A stretch of DNA of 64,000 nt, taken from assembly GCA_022561215.1 (NCBI GenBank), contig JADFRQ010000006.1:14626-78625 (forward strand), read 5' to 3'. The position numbers and the translations under genes are program-made. The notes below the pieces were generated by a model. The model searched no databases. It was given only the letters and a program-made list of their open reading frames with translations, and was not told the DNA's origin. Of this stretch, positions 37,420 through 46,638 are shown piece by piece (position 1 is the stretch's first letter; each line of letters opens with the position of its first letter). The stretch is from Chloroflexota bacterium. GTDB lineage: Bacteria > Chloroflexota > Anaerolineae > Anaerolineales > E44-bin32.

Positions 37420-38364
37420 ATGACGCCTTTATTATGGTTTCTGATAGCCGCATTCATGTTTTTCTTATTTCTCGCCATGTTGGTGATTGCGGGATTGAAA
37501 GCACCTGAAGCAAACGATCCTATCGCCGAGCGCCTGGCAGAATTAGGAATGCGCGAAGAGGTCATGACCTTAGAGGAGATTGAGTTATCTCAGCGCTTCT
37601 TTGATCGTATTGTGCTGCCAGCCTTTAATCGCGTAGGTAGTTTTGCGTCTAAATTCACACCGAAAGCAACCCTGCAGAGCGCACGCCATCGATTGGATAT
37701 GGCCGGCAATCCAATGCAAATGGATCCTGCCTTTTTCTTGGGGTTGCGCTTTATTTTAGCCGTTGTATTTGGTGTACTTATCATCACCATGTATTTGCTC
37801 GGCGGTCGTAATATGGCGCAAGGTTTGGGCTTTGCGGCATTGTTCACGATTATTGGCTTCTTTTTCCCAGATCTTTGGTTATCGGGTCGCATAAAGTCCA
37901 GGCAAAAAACGGTGTTTCGGTCTATGCCCGACGCCTTGGATTTACTGACCATATGTGTTGAAGCTGGTCTTGGATTTGACGCTGCATTGTCCAGGGTTCA
38001 TAAAAAATGGGAGAATGACCTCTCCCTCGAATTCGGTCGGGTGATTCAGGAAATTAGACTGGGAAAGCTCCGCAGGGATGCGCTGCGAGCCATGTCGGAG
38101 CGGTTGGGTGTTCCCGAAATGACTAGTTTTGTTGCCGCGGTCATTCAATCGGATCAATTGGGTGTTAGTATGGCGAAGGTTCTGCGCATTCAGTCTAATC
38201 AGATGCGCGTGCGTCGACGCCAAATGGCGGAAGAAGAAGCACACCGCGCGCCCATTAAAATGGTTTTCCCCATTGCGCTTCTAATATTCCCGTCCATCAT
38301 GATTATTCTCCTGGGACCTGCGGCGATGTTGCTGATTAACTCACCTATGGCCGCACTTTTTTAG
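37420..38364 (+). CDS. tadC: Tad pilus platform protein TadC (T2SS-F family)
   Basis: 314 aa. The T2SSF block is FRSMPDALDLLTICVEAGLGFDAALSRV, and the TM segments sit at both ends. Confidence 0.8.
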   Translation: MTPLLWFLIAAFMFFLFLAMLVIAGLKAPEANDPIAERLAELGMREEVMTLEEIELSQRFFDRIVLPAFNRVGSFASKFTPKATLQSARHRLDMAGNPMQMDPAFFLGLRFILAVVFGVLIITMYLLGGRNMAQGLGFAALFTIIGFFFPDLWLSGRIKSRQKTVFRSMPDALDLLTICVEAGLGFDAALSRVHKKWENDLSLEFGRVIQEIRLGKLRRDALRAMSERLGVPEMTSFVAAVIQSDQLGVSMAKVLRIQSNQMRVRRRQMAEEEAHRAPIKMVFPIALLIFPSIMIILLGPAAMLLINSPMAALF

Positions 38365-38448
38365 GCAGCTCCCCAGGTTTGCGACCAGTTTCTACAAGCT
38401 AGGGGGTATATTCCTTGGCGTGGATTTACGACCAAAACCCTCAAAAAT

Positions 38449-39135
38449 ATGCTCCGTGATTGGTGGATCTCGAGTGTCAATCTGCTGTTTCCGCCACATT
38501 GTGCGGGATGCGGAAATTCGGGCACCGATTGGTGTGTACATTGCGATAATGAAACTGTAAGAATAGAAAAACCCTTCTGCCTGCGATGTGGGCGACCTCA
38601 TTCTCAAGTTGTTCGAAAATGTAGCTCCTGCTTTGAATATCCAGATAAACTGAGGGTTCGTTCCTACGCCCGCTATCAAGGATCTTTGATCAAGGCGCTC
38701 TTGCAGCTTAAGTATCGTCCGAATCGGAGACTAAGCGCTCTCATGGCCCGCTGGTTGGCAGAAGTGCTAGAAGCTGCAAATTGGCAAGCAACCTTGGTAG
38801 CTGCGGTGCCACTTAGCAGTAAGCGGCGTAGGTCTCGCGGATACAATCAATCCGCGCTTATTGCAAGGGAACTTTCAGCAATTATGGGCTTGGCGTATGC
38901 TTCGCGGGCAATATCCCGGAGGCGCCAAACGAAATCTCAAGTGGGGCTGGACCCCAGCGCGCGTTGGCAAAACGTTCACCAGGCATTTCGAGCACAGCCT
39001 ACTCAGGTGGATGGCCATGCGATTATTCTGGTTGATGATTTGATCACTACTGGAGCAACCTTATCCGCGTGCGCTGAAGCGTTAGTGCATGCCGGCGCGC
39101 GCATGATCTATGGCCTTACGGTAGCACGCGCATAG
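38449..39135 (+). CDS. comFC: ComF-family protein (ComFC-like phosphoribosyltransferase with N-terminal zinc finger)
   Basis: The Cys4 region is CAGCGN...CVHCDN...CLRCGRP. The PRTase motif is IILVDDLITTGATLSACAEAL. Confidence 0.8.
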   Translation: MLRDWWISSVNLLFPPHCAGCGNSGTDWCVHCDNETVRIEKPFCLRCGRPHSQVVRKCSSCFEYPDKLRVRSYARYQGSLIKALLQLKYRPNRRLSALMARWLAEVLEAANWQATLVAAVPLSSKRRRSRGYNQSALIARELSAIMGLAYASRAISRRRQTKSQVGLDPSARWQNVHQAFRAQPTQVDGHAIILVDDLITTGATLSACAEALVHAGARMIYGLTVARA

Positions 39136-39180
39136 TCTGTGCCCAAGAGATCCCGTCGTCACCGATAAGGAGTTAACTTA

Positions 39181-39744
39181 ATGGTCGAAGTACAAATCAA
39201 TGTTAATAACCTGAAATTGGACGAGCGCTTGAATGACTACATCACGAAGAAAGTTGCCAAACTCGATCGTTACCTGGATATACTCGTGGAAGCACAGGTG
39301 GATCTTAATTACGCAGAAACTGCACGTAATGCAAATGACAGGTATGTGGCTCAGATCACGATAAGGGGAAAAGGAGTCCATCTCCGCGCAGAAGAACGAA
39401 CGGATGATATGTTTGCCTCCGTGGATGCGGTATTGAATAAATTGTCTCGTCAGATCGAACGTTACAAGGGTAAACATTGGCGCAAGCGCGGTGATGGGAA
39501 ATCGATGAAAGATATTCCTGGAACCCTGGCGCTGGAGGAAGAAGATTCGCAGGAGCAGGGGGATATCATCGCGCGACGAAAACGGATGTTTTTAACCCCG
39601 ATGGACGAACTGGAGGCCATCGAGCAAATGGCTCTTTTGGATCATCTGAACTTCTTCGTATTTTTGGATGCCGACACAAACCATGTCAATATTCTTTACC
39701 GCCGCGTGGATGGAAAACTTGGATTAATCGAATCTGAAACCTAG
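39181..39744 (+). CDS. hpf: Ribosome hibernation-promoting factor, long form
   Basis: The N-terminal S30AE domain reads YITKKVAKLDRYL...ASVDAVLNKLSRQIERYK. The C-terminal dimerisation domain reads RRKRMFLTPMDELEAIEQMALLDHLNFFVFLD. Confidence 0.9.
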   Translation: MVEVQINVNNLKLDERLNDYITKKVAKLDRYLDILVEAQVDLNYAETARNANDRYVAQITIRGKGVHLRAEERTDDMFASVDAVLNKLSRQIERYKGKHWRKRGDGKSMKDIPGTLALEEEDSQEQGDIIARRKRMFLTPMDELEAIEQMALLDHLNFFVFLDADTNHVNILYRRVDGKLGLIESET

Positions 39745-39791
39745 CAATTCATGCGCAGCACACCAATTCGAATGCAACCATCGCGAAAACT

Positions 39792-40904
39792 TTGTTACCA
39801 TTTATGCACGCACTGCTAATGATTCCCCCGTCGGGCGCTTCTCGCCTGGAATATTGGCTGGCCGAGGGACGCCGAGAAGCAGCGCGCCATATTGTGAAAA
39901 TTCTACAGGCTTTTGTTCCAAGTATTCCCGTCCACATCCTTACTGCTGAGGCGGATGATCGCAAGGTTTTTGGAGAGGCTTCGGTCGCCTCGATTGAAAT
40001 ATCCCAAACCCCATTTCATTTTGGAGAAGCGCTTTCTGCTTTTATCCGGGATAAACAGCCGGAAACAGTGCTCTATTTTGGAGCAGGCAGCGCGCCTCTG
40101 GTTTCCTTTGAGTTGATTGAGCAAGCCCTCTCGATTGTAGCTGCGTCGAAACGTCCAAAAGCCTATGTCAATAATTTCCACTCGACAGATTGGGCAATTT
40201 TTAATCACCCCCAAGAAATCATGGGCATGCAGGAGCGATTGCCGCAGGATAACCAAATGGGGTGGGTGATGAAACACGAAGCTGGTTTCGATATCTCCGT
40301 CGCGCCATTTACCTCGGGGACCAGCATAAATATTGACACTCCTATGGATCTATTGATGATCGCAATGCATCCGCGCATGGGATTGCCCTACAAGGCTATG
40401 GTCCCCGATTACGCGCAGGGAGCAGTTAAGCGAATGGAGGCATTCGTGCAGGTTATGCAAAAACCGGGAAATACGATTTCCATTATCGGAAGATCATCAT
40501 CCCGTGTTTGGGCGATACTCGAACAAAAGACAAAGTTGTGGTTTCGTGTATTTGTCGAAGAGCGTGGGATGATCGCCAGCGGGCGGAGGGAAAGAGGGAA
40601 AGTACGTTCCCTGGTTGGGCAAATGGTGAAACAAATGGGACATGTGGAGTTTGTACGGCAGCTCGCTTCCATTTGTGATGGTGTACTTTGGGATACCCGA
40701 GTTTGGATGGGGCATCAGGGAATTTGGCCACCACAAAAGGATCGCTTTGCATCCGATCTCGGATTGACGGAAGAAATTCAAGATCCGACTTTGAAATCAC
40801 TGACCCAGGCTGTGATTGGGGCAGATATCCCCATCATTACAGGGGGACATGGCGTGGTTTCAGGAAATATTCTTGCACTCCTCGAATATCTTGAGGGTGC
40901 ATGA
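39792..40904 (+). CDS. Hypothetical protein; the N-terminus resembles a MobA/CofC-like nucleotidyltransferase fold, the C-terminal half is unassigned
   Basis: 370-aa ORF, with a probable ATG start at MHALLMIPPSGASRLE. The ..IP..G.S.RL N-terminal pattern is typical of small NTP-transferases. I do not recognise the rest. Confidence 0.45.
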   Translation: MLPFMHALLMIPPSGASRLEYWLAEGRREAARHIVKILQAFVPSIPVHILTAEADDRKVFGEASVASIEISQTPFHFGEALSAFIRDKQPETVLYFGAGSAPLVSFELIEQALSIVAASKRPKAYVNNFHSTDWAIFNHPQEIMGMQERLPQDNQMGWVMKHEAGFDISVAPFTSGTSINIDTPMDLLMIAMHPRMGLPYKAMVPDYAQGAVKRMEAFVQVMQKPGNTISIIGRSSSRVWAILEQKTKLWFRVFVEERGMIASGRRERGKVRSLVGQMVKQMGHVEFVRQLASICDGVLWDTRVWMGHQGIWPPQKDRFASDLGLTEEIQDPTLKSLTQAVIGADIPIITGGHGVVSGNILALLEYLEGA

Positions 40905-40906
40905 AA

Positions 40907-41410
40907 TTACCATCCCACGAGAAATGGTTGCCACTCTTCATTTTTAGGTAGATGGGAACCGTAGAGGTAACTGGCCGATGCTCGAGGCTCGCGTGGCTGC
41001 TTGCGCAAGGCCATCCTCGCTTCGCGCAGAGTTCTGCCCCCCTTCCTGCGATTGCAATCAGGGCAGGAGGTTACAAGGTTGGACCAAGTGTATTCCCCGC
41101 CTCGATAGCGCGGCATAATGTGGTCGATGGTTAAGCCCTTGGAGTGGGTTCCACAATATTGGCAGATATGGTCATCACGCCGAAATATCTCATGTTTGGT
41201 GAGTTTCACACGCGGCCGAGGTCGTTTGATCATATACCCCAGGCGGATCACGGATGGACGGGGGTAACTTAATCGCACCGTATGAACTACCCCGCGACCG
41301 TTGACGAGCATCTTCGCTTTTCCTGAAATTAGAAAGCGAAGCGCTCGCCGAGTCGTACATACATTGAGGGGTTCATAATTGGCATTTAATAACAATACCG
41401 GCATGTTCAT
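40907..41410 (-). CDS. HNH endonuclease family protein
   Basis: HICQYCG...LTIDHIMPRYRGGEYTWSNLVTSCPDCNRRKG is a complete HNH/CxxC motif set in a 167-aa protein. Confidence 0.8.
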   Translation of the reverse strand: MNMPVLLLNANYEPLNVCTTRRALRFLISGKAKMLVNGRGVVHTVRLSYPRPSVIRLGYMIKRPRPRVKLTKHEIFRRDDHICQYCGTHSKGLTIDHIMPRYRGGEYTWSNLVTSCPDCNRRKGGRTLREARMALRKQPREPRASASYLYGSHLPKNEEWQPFLVGW

Positions 41411-41532
41411 TGATCTAAGAACCTCAATATCGGCGGATTATATCATCAAGATTAGGCGAAGCCATTGAGGAAATGAAGCATGCGCGGCCTCGTAAAGATG
41501 CAGATCCGTTCGTAGAATGTGGAGGGTTCAGC

Positions 41533-43047
41533 CTATACGAATCGGTGTCTGATCTCGGAGCTGACAAAATCCAATATGGTCACTGTGATAATAATAAACC
41601 AAACCGCAATCCCCGCGGCTTTGAAATCAGAAATTCGCATCCATTGGATAAGCAAAAATCCAATGCCCCCGCCGCCCACCAACCCAATGATGGTTGACAA
41701 GCGCACATTAATATCCCAACGGTAGATAGTGAAGGAGACAAACGGGGGGATGATTTGCGGGATTACGGCAAATATTACAATTTGAATCCAATTTGCCCCT
41801 GTCGCTTGAATGGCTTCGATCGGTCCTGTATCGATGGACTCGATCGCTTCGGAATACAGCTTACCAAGCGCGGCGATGCTGTGCAATGTGAGGGCAACTA
41901 TTCCGGCAAACGGCCCAAGACCAACCACTGCCACAGCTATGACTGCCCAAATGAGCGGTTCCACGGAGCGGACGATGTTTAACAGGGATCGAACCACAAA
42001 GTAGATCGCTAAAGTGGCCGAGCTGCCGTCCATTAGATTTCTTGCGGCGATGAAACTAAGGGGCAATGCGAGCACAATTCCAAATAGTGTAGCCATCATT
42101 CCCAAGAAAATAGTCTCGATCATCTTACTCATCGCTAACAGCAGCTCAGTCGAAGGTCCTATTGCACCAGTCGCTGAAAGTTGACGTGCCCTTACCTTCC
42201 AAATCAACGATTTATCGGCGGCGCTGTTGGGGATGAGGCGGTAGGGCATGACGATGTCAAGTTCAAAGCCTCCATTTTCATCGGTTGTGATGGTGATATA
42301 CTCTCCGCCTTGTCGCTGCCGAAAGATATTGTTTACCGGATCTTGCCAGAGGATATCCACTTCTGTGTTAGGTGTAAGATTGCCAGCGACAAGCGTAAGT
42401 ATTGATCCTTGCGTTCCATCTTCCAGACTTAAATTTCCGCATGTTGGACTGGCGGTCAACCATGCCGAATCTGGTGTCTGTTCACTTTGTGGTGGAGGGT
42501 TATCATCACAGGGGATTTTGATTTCCTGGATACCCAGTGTCTCGCTGGCATCCCGGGAAATGGCTCGAGCCCAGGGCCACATGATCTGCCCCAATCGAAA
42601 TTTCGCATCCCCAATCTCGCGGATAAATAGGCCCACATCGATATCGCCTATTTGCCAGCCGAGAACAAAGAAGCAAATCAAAACCACGGAGAACGGGGCC
42701 AAAGAGTTTCGGGCAGTTCTATCCCTGGCGAGGCGATAGGCATCGCCGACGATAACTATATAGAGCAGAACAACCGCAACGGTCGCCAGGATTAAGATCG
42801 GCTCGAGCTGAAACGAGCGCGTTATTTTATCGAGGAGCTCTTCCTGTCTCCGTCCAACCTGGCTGATCCTCGAATAGAGCAGGGGGACGATCGATCCCAT
42901 GCTGAGCATTAAGAGCAGGCCGCGTTGATAAGATCGGGCAAGGATATGGCCTAGGCCAGGGATTATCAGCGAAATAATGGCGGCGGCAGGAGCAGGGACG
43001 AGGCTAGTTTTGCGTTCTGCAAGGGCGTTTTTTATGGGCAGATTCAT
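41533..43047 (-). CDS. phnE: Phosphonate/phosphite ABC transporter permease PhnE with a long N-terminal extension
   Basis: The C-terminal ~270 aa is a PhnE-like permease core (ETIFLGMMATLFGIVLALPLSFIAARN...EAIESIDTGPIEAIQATGA...FISSVIP-like). The N-terminal ~230 aa adds TM segments and a soluble insert of about 130 aa. Confidence 0.7.
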   Translation of the reverse strand: MNLPIKNALAERKTSLVPAPAAAIISLIIPGLGHILARSYQRGLLLMLSMGSIVPLLYSRISQVGRRQEELLDKITRSFQLEPILILATVAVVLLYIVIVGDAYRLARDRTARNSLAPFSVVLICFFVLGWQIGDIDVGLFIREIGDAKFRLGQIMWPWARAISRDASETLGIQEIKIPCDDNPPPQSEQTPDSAWLTASPTCGNLSLEDGTQGSILTLVAGNLTPNTEVDILWQDPVNNIFRQRQGGEYITITTDENGGFELDIVMPYRLIPNSAADKSLIWKVRARQLSATGAIGPSTELLLAMSKMIETIFLGMMATLFGIVLALPLSFIAARNLMDGSSATLAIYFVVRSLLNIVRSVEPLIWAVIAVAVVGLGPFAGIVALTLHSIAALGKLYSEAIESIDTGPIEAIQATGANWIQIVIFAVIPQIIPPFVSFTIYRWDINVRLSTIIGLVGGGGIGFLLIQWMRISDFKAAGIAVWFIIITVTILDFVSSEIRHRFV

Positions 43048-43838
43048 TGATCATCACTATTCAGATCGCCCGTCAAATCTCCGACGCGCTCGGCATCCGC
43101 GCCGTAGATTTCTCTAAATTGCTTGTCTGTCATCCCGCGGATCTCGGCTTTTGCACCGCGATACACAATCTCTCCCTCACGCAGCCCAATCACACTTGAG
43201 GCATAACGTTGCACAAGATCCAGATAGTGCAAACTACAAATAATAGTTATGCCGTCTTCCTGATTCAGCCGTTCAAGATGCTCCATAATGGAGTGCGCCA
43301 AAACCGGATCGAGACTGGCGACAGGTTCATCCGCCAAGATCATGCGCGGTTCTTGCATCAGCGCGCGGGCAACGCCAACGCGTTGCTGCTGCCCGCCGCT
43401 CAATTCATCGGCACGCTTGTCGGCTTGATCCAATATGCCCAAGCGGTCCAATGCGGCGAACGCCAGCTGGCGATCATCTTCCGAAAAGCGACCAAAGAGA
43501 CTCTGCCAGGACGAGGTGTAGCCGAGTCTTCCAGCGAGAACATTGGTGAGCACAGACGAGCGTTTCACCAAATTAAAGTGCTGAAAAACCATCCCAATCT
43601 TACGTCGCACGACACGCAGATCTTCTCCCTCAATTTGAGCAAGATCCACTCCATCCCAAAGAATTTCACCTTCGGTGGGATCAATCAAGCGATTGATGCA
43701 GCGCAGCAAGGTTGATTTGCCGGAGCCACTGAGCCCGATCACGACCAGAAATTCACCATCGGGGATAGAAAAACTAACATTTTTTACGGCGACCGTGCCA
43801 TCATCATAAATCTTGGTTAAATTACGAACCTCAAACAT
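43044..43838 (-). CDS. phnC: Phosphonate ABC transporter ATP-binding protein
   Basis: VIGLSGSGKSTLLRCINRL, LSGGQQQRVGVARAL, ILADEPVASLDP and the typical PhnC N-terminus (EVRNLTKIY). Confidence 0.9.
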   Translation of the reverse strand: MFEVRNLTKIYDDGTVAVKNVSFSIPDGEFLVVIGLSGSGKSTLLRCINRLIDPTEGEILWDGVDLAQIEGEDLRVVRRKIGMVFQHFNLVKRSSVLTNVLAGRLGYTSSWQSLFGRFSEDDRQLAFAALDRLGILDQADKRADELSGGQQQRVGVARALMQEPRMILADEPVASLDPVLAHSIMEHLERLNQEDGITIICSLHYLDLVQRYASSVIGLREGEIVYRGAKAEIRGMTDKQFREIYGADAERVGDLTGDLNSDDQ

Positions 43839-43934
43839 GCATTACTCCGCTGTATAGAAAAAGGGGGGACAAGCGATCTTGTCCCCCCTTAGTACTTCAA
43901 CCTAATTTCTGAACGAACAACGTGTGATCAATTC

Positions 43935-44822
43935 CTAGAGATCCCCGGGTGAAACTCCTGCCGCATCCAGAATTTGACGGAACGGATCATAGAAGGAATC
44001 CCCGTGTTCCTCAAGTGAGGACCATGCATAGGCCTCATCCAGTGCTGCCAATCCTTCGTCGCTGTCCAGGAGTGTCAATATACCAGCGGTTATCTGGGAT
44101 TTGAGCTCCTCGGAAAGGCTGGGAACGAACTGAACGCCGTCATTGGGAATATTTTCGGTCTGGAAAATTACTTTGATAACTTCCATCACGTCGGGAAATT
44201 CTTCCTCAATCGAACCTCTGGCGTCAACAAAGGAAGCTCCGGCCTCACAATCGCCCTCATAGACACCAGCCACGGAGGCATCATGCGAGCCCGCATCTCG
44301 CGGATTTACGGAGACCCCAACACCTTGAAGCTCCAAATTGGGGATTATCCAACTGCTTGTGCTAAATTGGTCAGCGCGGCAGAAGGTAACTCCGTCGAGT
44401 TCGGAAATCTCGTTGATACCGCTGTCCTCACGGACGAAGATCTGGCCGTTGTAGGTTGAGCTGCCAAACCTTACCGAGACCAGAGCCGCTTCAGCGCAGC
44501 CTCTATCGGCAGCAAGAATGTAGGAAAACGTGTTCAATGCACCAATGTGCGCCCTTGGAGGGTCAGCACACATCGCCTCGATTGCGGCAGTGTTATCGGT
44601 CGCTACAATTACGTCGATGAACAGGCCGGTGTCGTCAGCGATGAGATCTGCCATGGCTTCTCCACCGGCGGTCACTCGGGCAACTTCTCCTGAGGGTACA
44701 AGCACCCATACGAGCGGGTTTTCCTCAGATCCAAGTTCTGCTTCTCCAGCGCACGCACCGAGCACAAGTGCGCCTACGATAAGCAATCCTAGGGCAAATA
44801 TGGTTTTGCGGTTCTTTGGCAT
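43935..44822 (-). CDS. phnD: Phosphate/phosphite/phosphonate ABC transporter substrate-binding lipoprotein
   Basis: It has a lipobox (LVLGAC) and PhnD-like segments (LVWVLVPS..., TFCRADQFSTSSW, PNDGVQFVPSL), and it sits in the phnD-phnC-phnE order. Confidence 0.8.
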   Translation of the reverse strand: MPKNRKTIFALGLLIVGALVLGACAGEAELGSEENPLVWVLVPSGEVARVTAGGEAMADLIADDTGLFIDVIVATDNTAAIEAMCADPPRAHIGALNTFSYILAADRGCAEAALVSVRFGSSTYNGQIFVREDSGINEISELDGVTFCRADQFSTSSWIIPNLELQGVGVSVNPRDAGSHDASVAGVYEGDCEAGASFVDARGSIEEEFPDVMEVIKVIFQTENIPNDGVQFVPSLSEELKSQITAGILTLLDSDEGLAALDEAYAWSSLEEHGDSFYDPFRQILDAAGVSPGDL

Positions 44823-45025
44823 GGTCCTTCCTTCCTCCTCAAATAGATTACTAAATTTGTGAAACGGGGGGTGTCCAGAATATGTCTAATTCACGAGATA
44901 AGGATGATGTGGATATCCCACCTCCTCTCTGACAAGATCAAGCGATTAATCCATGGCGAATTATAAAATGAATCAATCAGAATCTCAATCTTGTATGTTT
45001 CCTTTAGGAATATTAAAATGAGCCT

Positions 45026-46426
45026 ATGGATTCAGTTCGCTATCAAGAGGCGTTGGATTACCTCTACAGTTTCATTGATTATAGCATCGAACGGAGCTTC
45101 AGATACTCACCGGAGTTGTTTGAGTTATCCAGAGTATCCGACTTGCTCAGCAGGTTGGGTAACCCGCATACTCAATATCCCAGCGTTCATATTGCAGGCA
45201 CAAAAGGCAAAGGATCCGTGGGTGCGTTTATCGAGTCGTGTCTGCGCTCCGCGGGTCTGCGAACCGGCTTGTATACCTCGCCTCACCTTCAGCACTTCAC
45301 AGAGCGCATTCGGGTGAACGGTAGTGAGATCGAGAAGCCAGAGCTCGTCGAGCTGGTCGACGAAATAAAAGACATCGTTCCTCAGGTTCCGGATCTCACC
45401 ACCTATGAGTTGATTACGGCGATGGGCTTCCTGTACTTTGCCCATCAAGAAATTGATATTGCCGTTTTGGAAGTTGGCCTGGGTGGCCGGCTGGATGGAA
45501 CGAATGTCATTACGCCGCTGACCTCGGTCATTACGTCGATATCTTATGATCATATGCACCTTCTTGGAAACAGGCTCTCCGATATCGCCAGCGAGAAGGC
45601 AGGAATTATCAAGGAGGGAATACCTGTCGTGAGTTCTCCGCAGCAGTATGAAGTTGAAGTCCTGCTCAAGGAACAGGCGCGCCAGAAAAGCGCTCCCCTG
45701 GTTTTGGTGGGTCGGGACTTGTTATTCGCATCATTGGAGCATTCGCTGGCAGGCCAAAGTTTTTATCTTTGGTCAGCGGAGGAGCAGGCCTCAATGAATG
45801 CTTACATCGAGTCTGGAAATACGGGCGGCTGGTCGCCAGCTCGATTTGAGACATCTCTGCTGGGATATCATCAAATTAGCAATGCTGCAACCGCATATGC
45901 CGCCATCAAAGAAATCGAAAAAGCGGGATTTGAAATCGATGAACGTGCGATCCGCGAGGGATTTCGGAATACTACCTGGCCAGGTCGCTTCCAAGTTCTT
46001 TCACGAACGCCGACAGTGGTCGTCGATTGTGCGCATAACCGAGATTCAGCACTCAAGTTGCGAATTGCACTTGATGACTATTTTCCAGGACAAAATGTAA
46101 CCCTCATCTTCGGTGCCTCCGAAGACAAGGATATCGCCGGAATCCTTACGGAATTAATGCCGCGTGCTTCACGCGTCGTATTGACGCAAGCCGTCCACCC
46201 ACGCGCGGCGAGCCCAGAATTTCTGAAGGAGTTTACGCGTACTTATGGCCGAGCGGTAGAGTTGATATCTCCAGTATCCGCGGCATTCGATGCCGTGATG
46301 AAGTCAGTTGCCGAGGATGAGGTCGTCCTGGCCACAGGCAGCTTGTTTGTTGTTGGCGAAATCCTGGAGCATTGGGATGAATTAAAACAATCGAAGGATT
46401 CAATCTTATCTTCCGAAGAATCCTGA
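45026..46426 (+). CDS. folC: Bifunctional folylpolyglutamate synthase / dihydrofolate synthase
   Basis: The P-loop is HIAGTKGKGSV, with LYTSPHL, EVGLGGRLDGTNV and the Mur-ligase C-terminal DCAHN. Confidence 0.9.
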   Translation: MDSVRYQEALDYLYSFIDYSIERSFRYSPELFELSRVSDLLSRLGNPHTQYPSVHIAGTKGKGSVGAFIESCLRSAGLRTGLYTSPHLQHFTERIRVNGSEIEKPELVELVDEIKDIVPQVPDLTTYELITAMGFLYFAHQEIDIAVLEVGLGGRLDGTNVITPLTSVITSISYDHMHLLGNRLSDIASEKAGIIKEGIPVVSSPQQYEVEVLLKEQARQKSAPLVLVGRDLLFASLEHSLAGQSFYLWSAEEQASMNAYIESGNTGGWSPARFETSLLGYHQISNAATAYAAIKEIEKAGFEIDERAIREGFRNTTWPGRFQVLSRTPTVVVDCAHNRDSALKLRIALDDYFPGQNVTLIFGASEDKDIAGILTELMPRASRVVLTQAVHPRAASPEFLKEFTRTYGRAVELISPVSAAFDAVMKSVAEDEVVLATGSLFVVGEILEHWDELKQSKDSILSSEES

Positions 46427-46638
46427 AATCAAATTGGAGGGTCCCCAAAGGGCTTCGGAGAGCATAGGTGTCTTTGGGGTGACTCATGGCGGGGAGTAGA
46501 ATGGGCTTCCATTTGATATTTTCCCTCGCCAAGAGGATCATTATCTTCGGGCAACACCCCGCTTAAAATTCCTCGGGAACGCGGATCTGTAAATCGGCAA
46601 TATTTTAGGATATAGTAACAAGGCAAAGGGAGTTCTGT

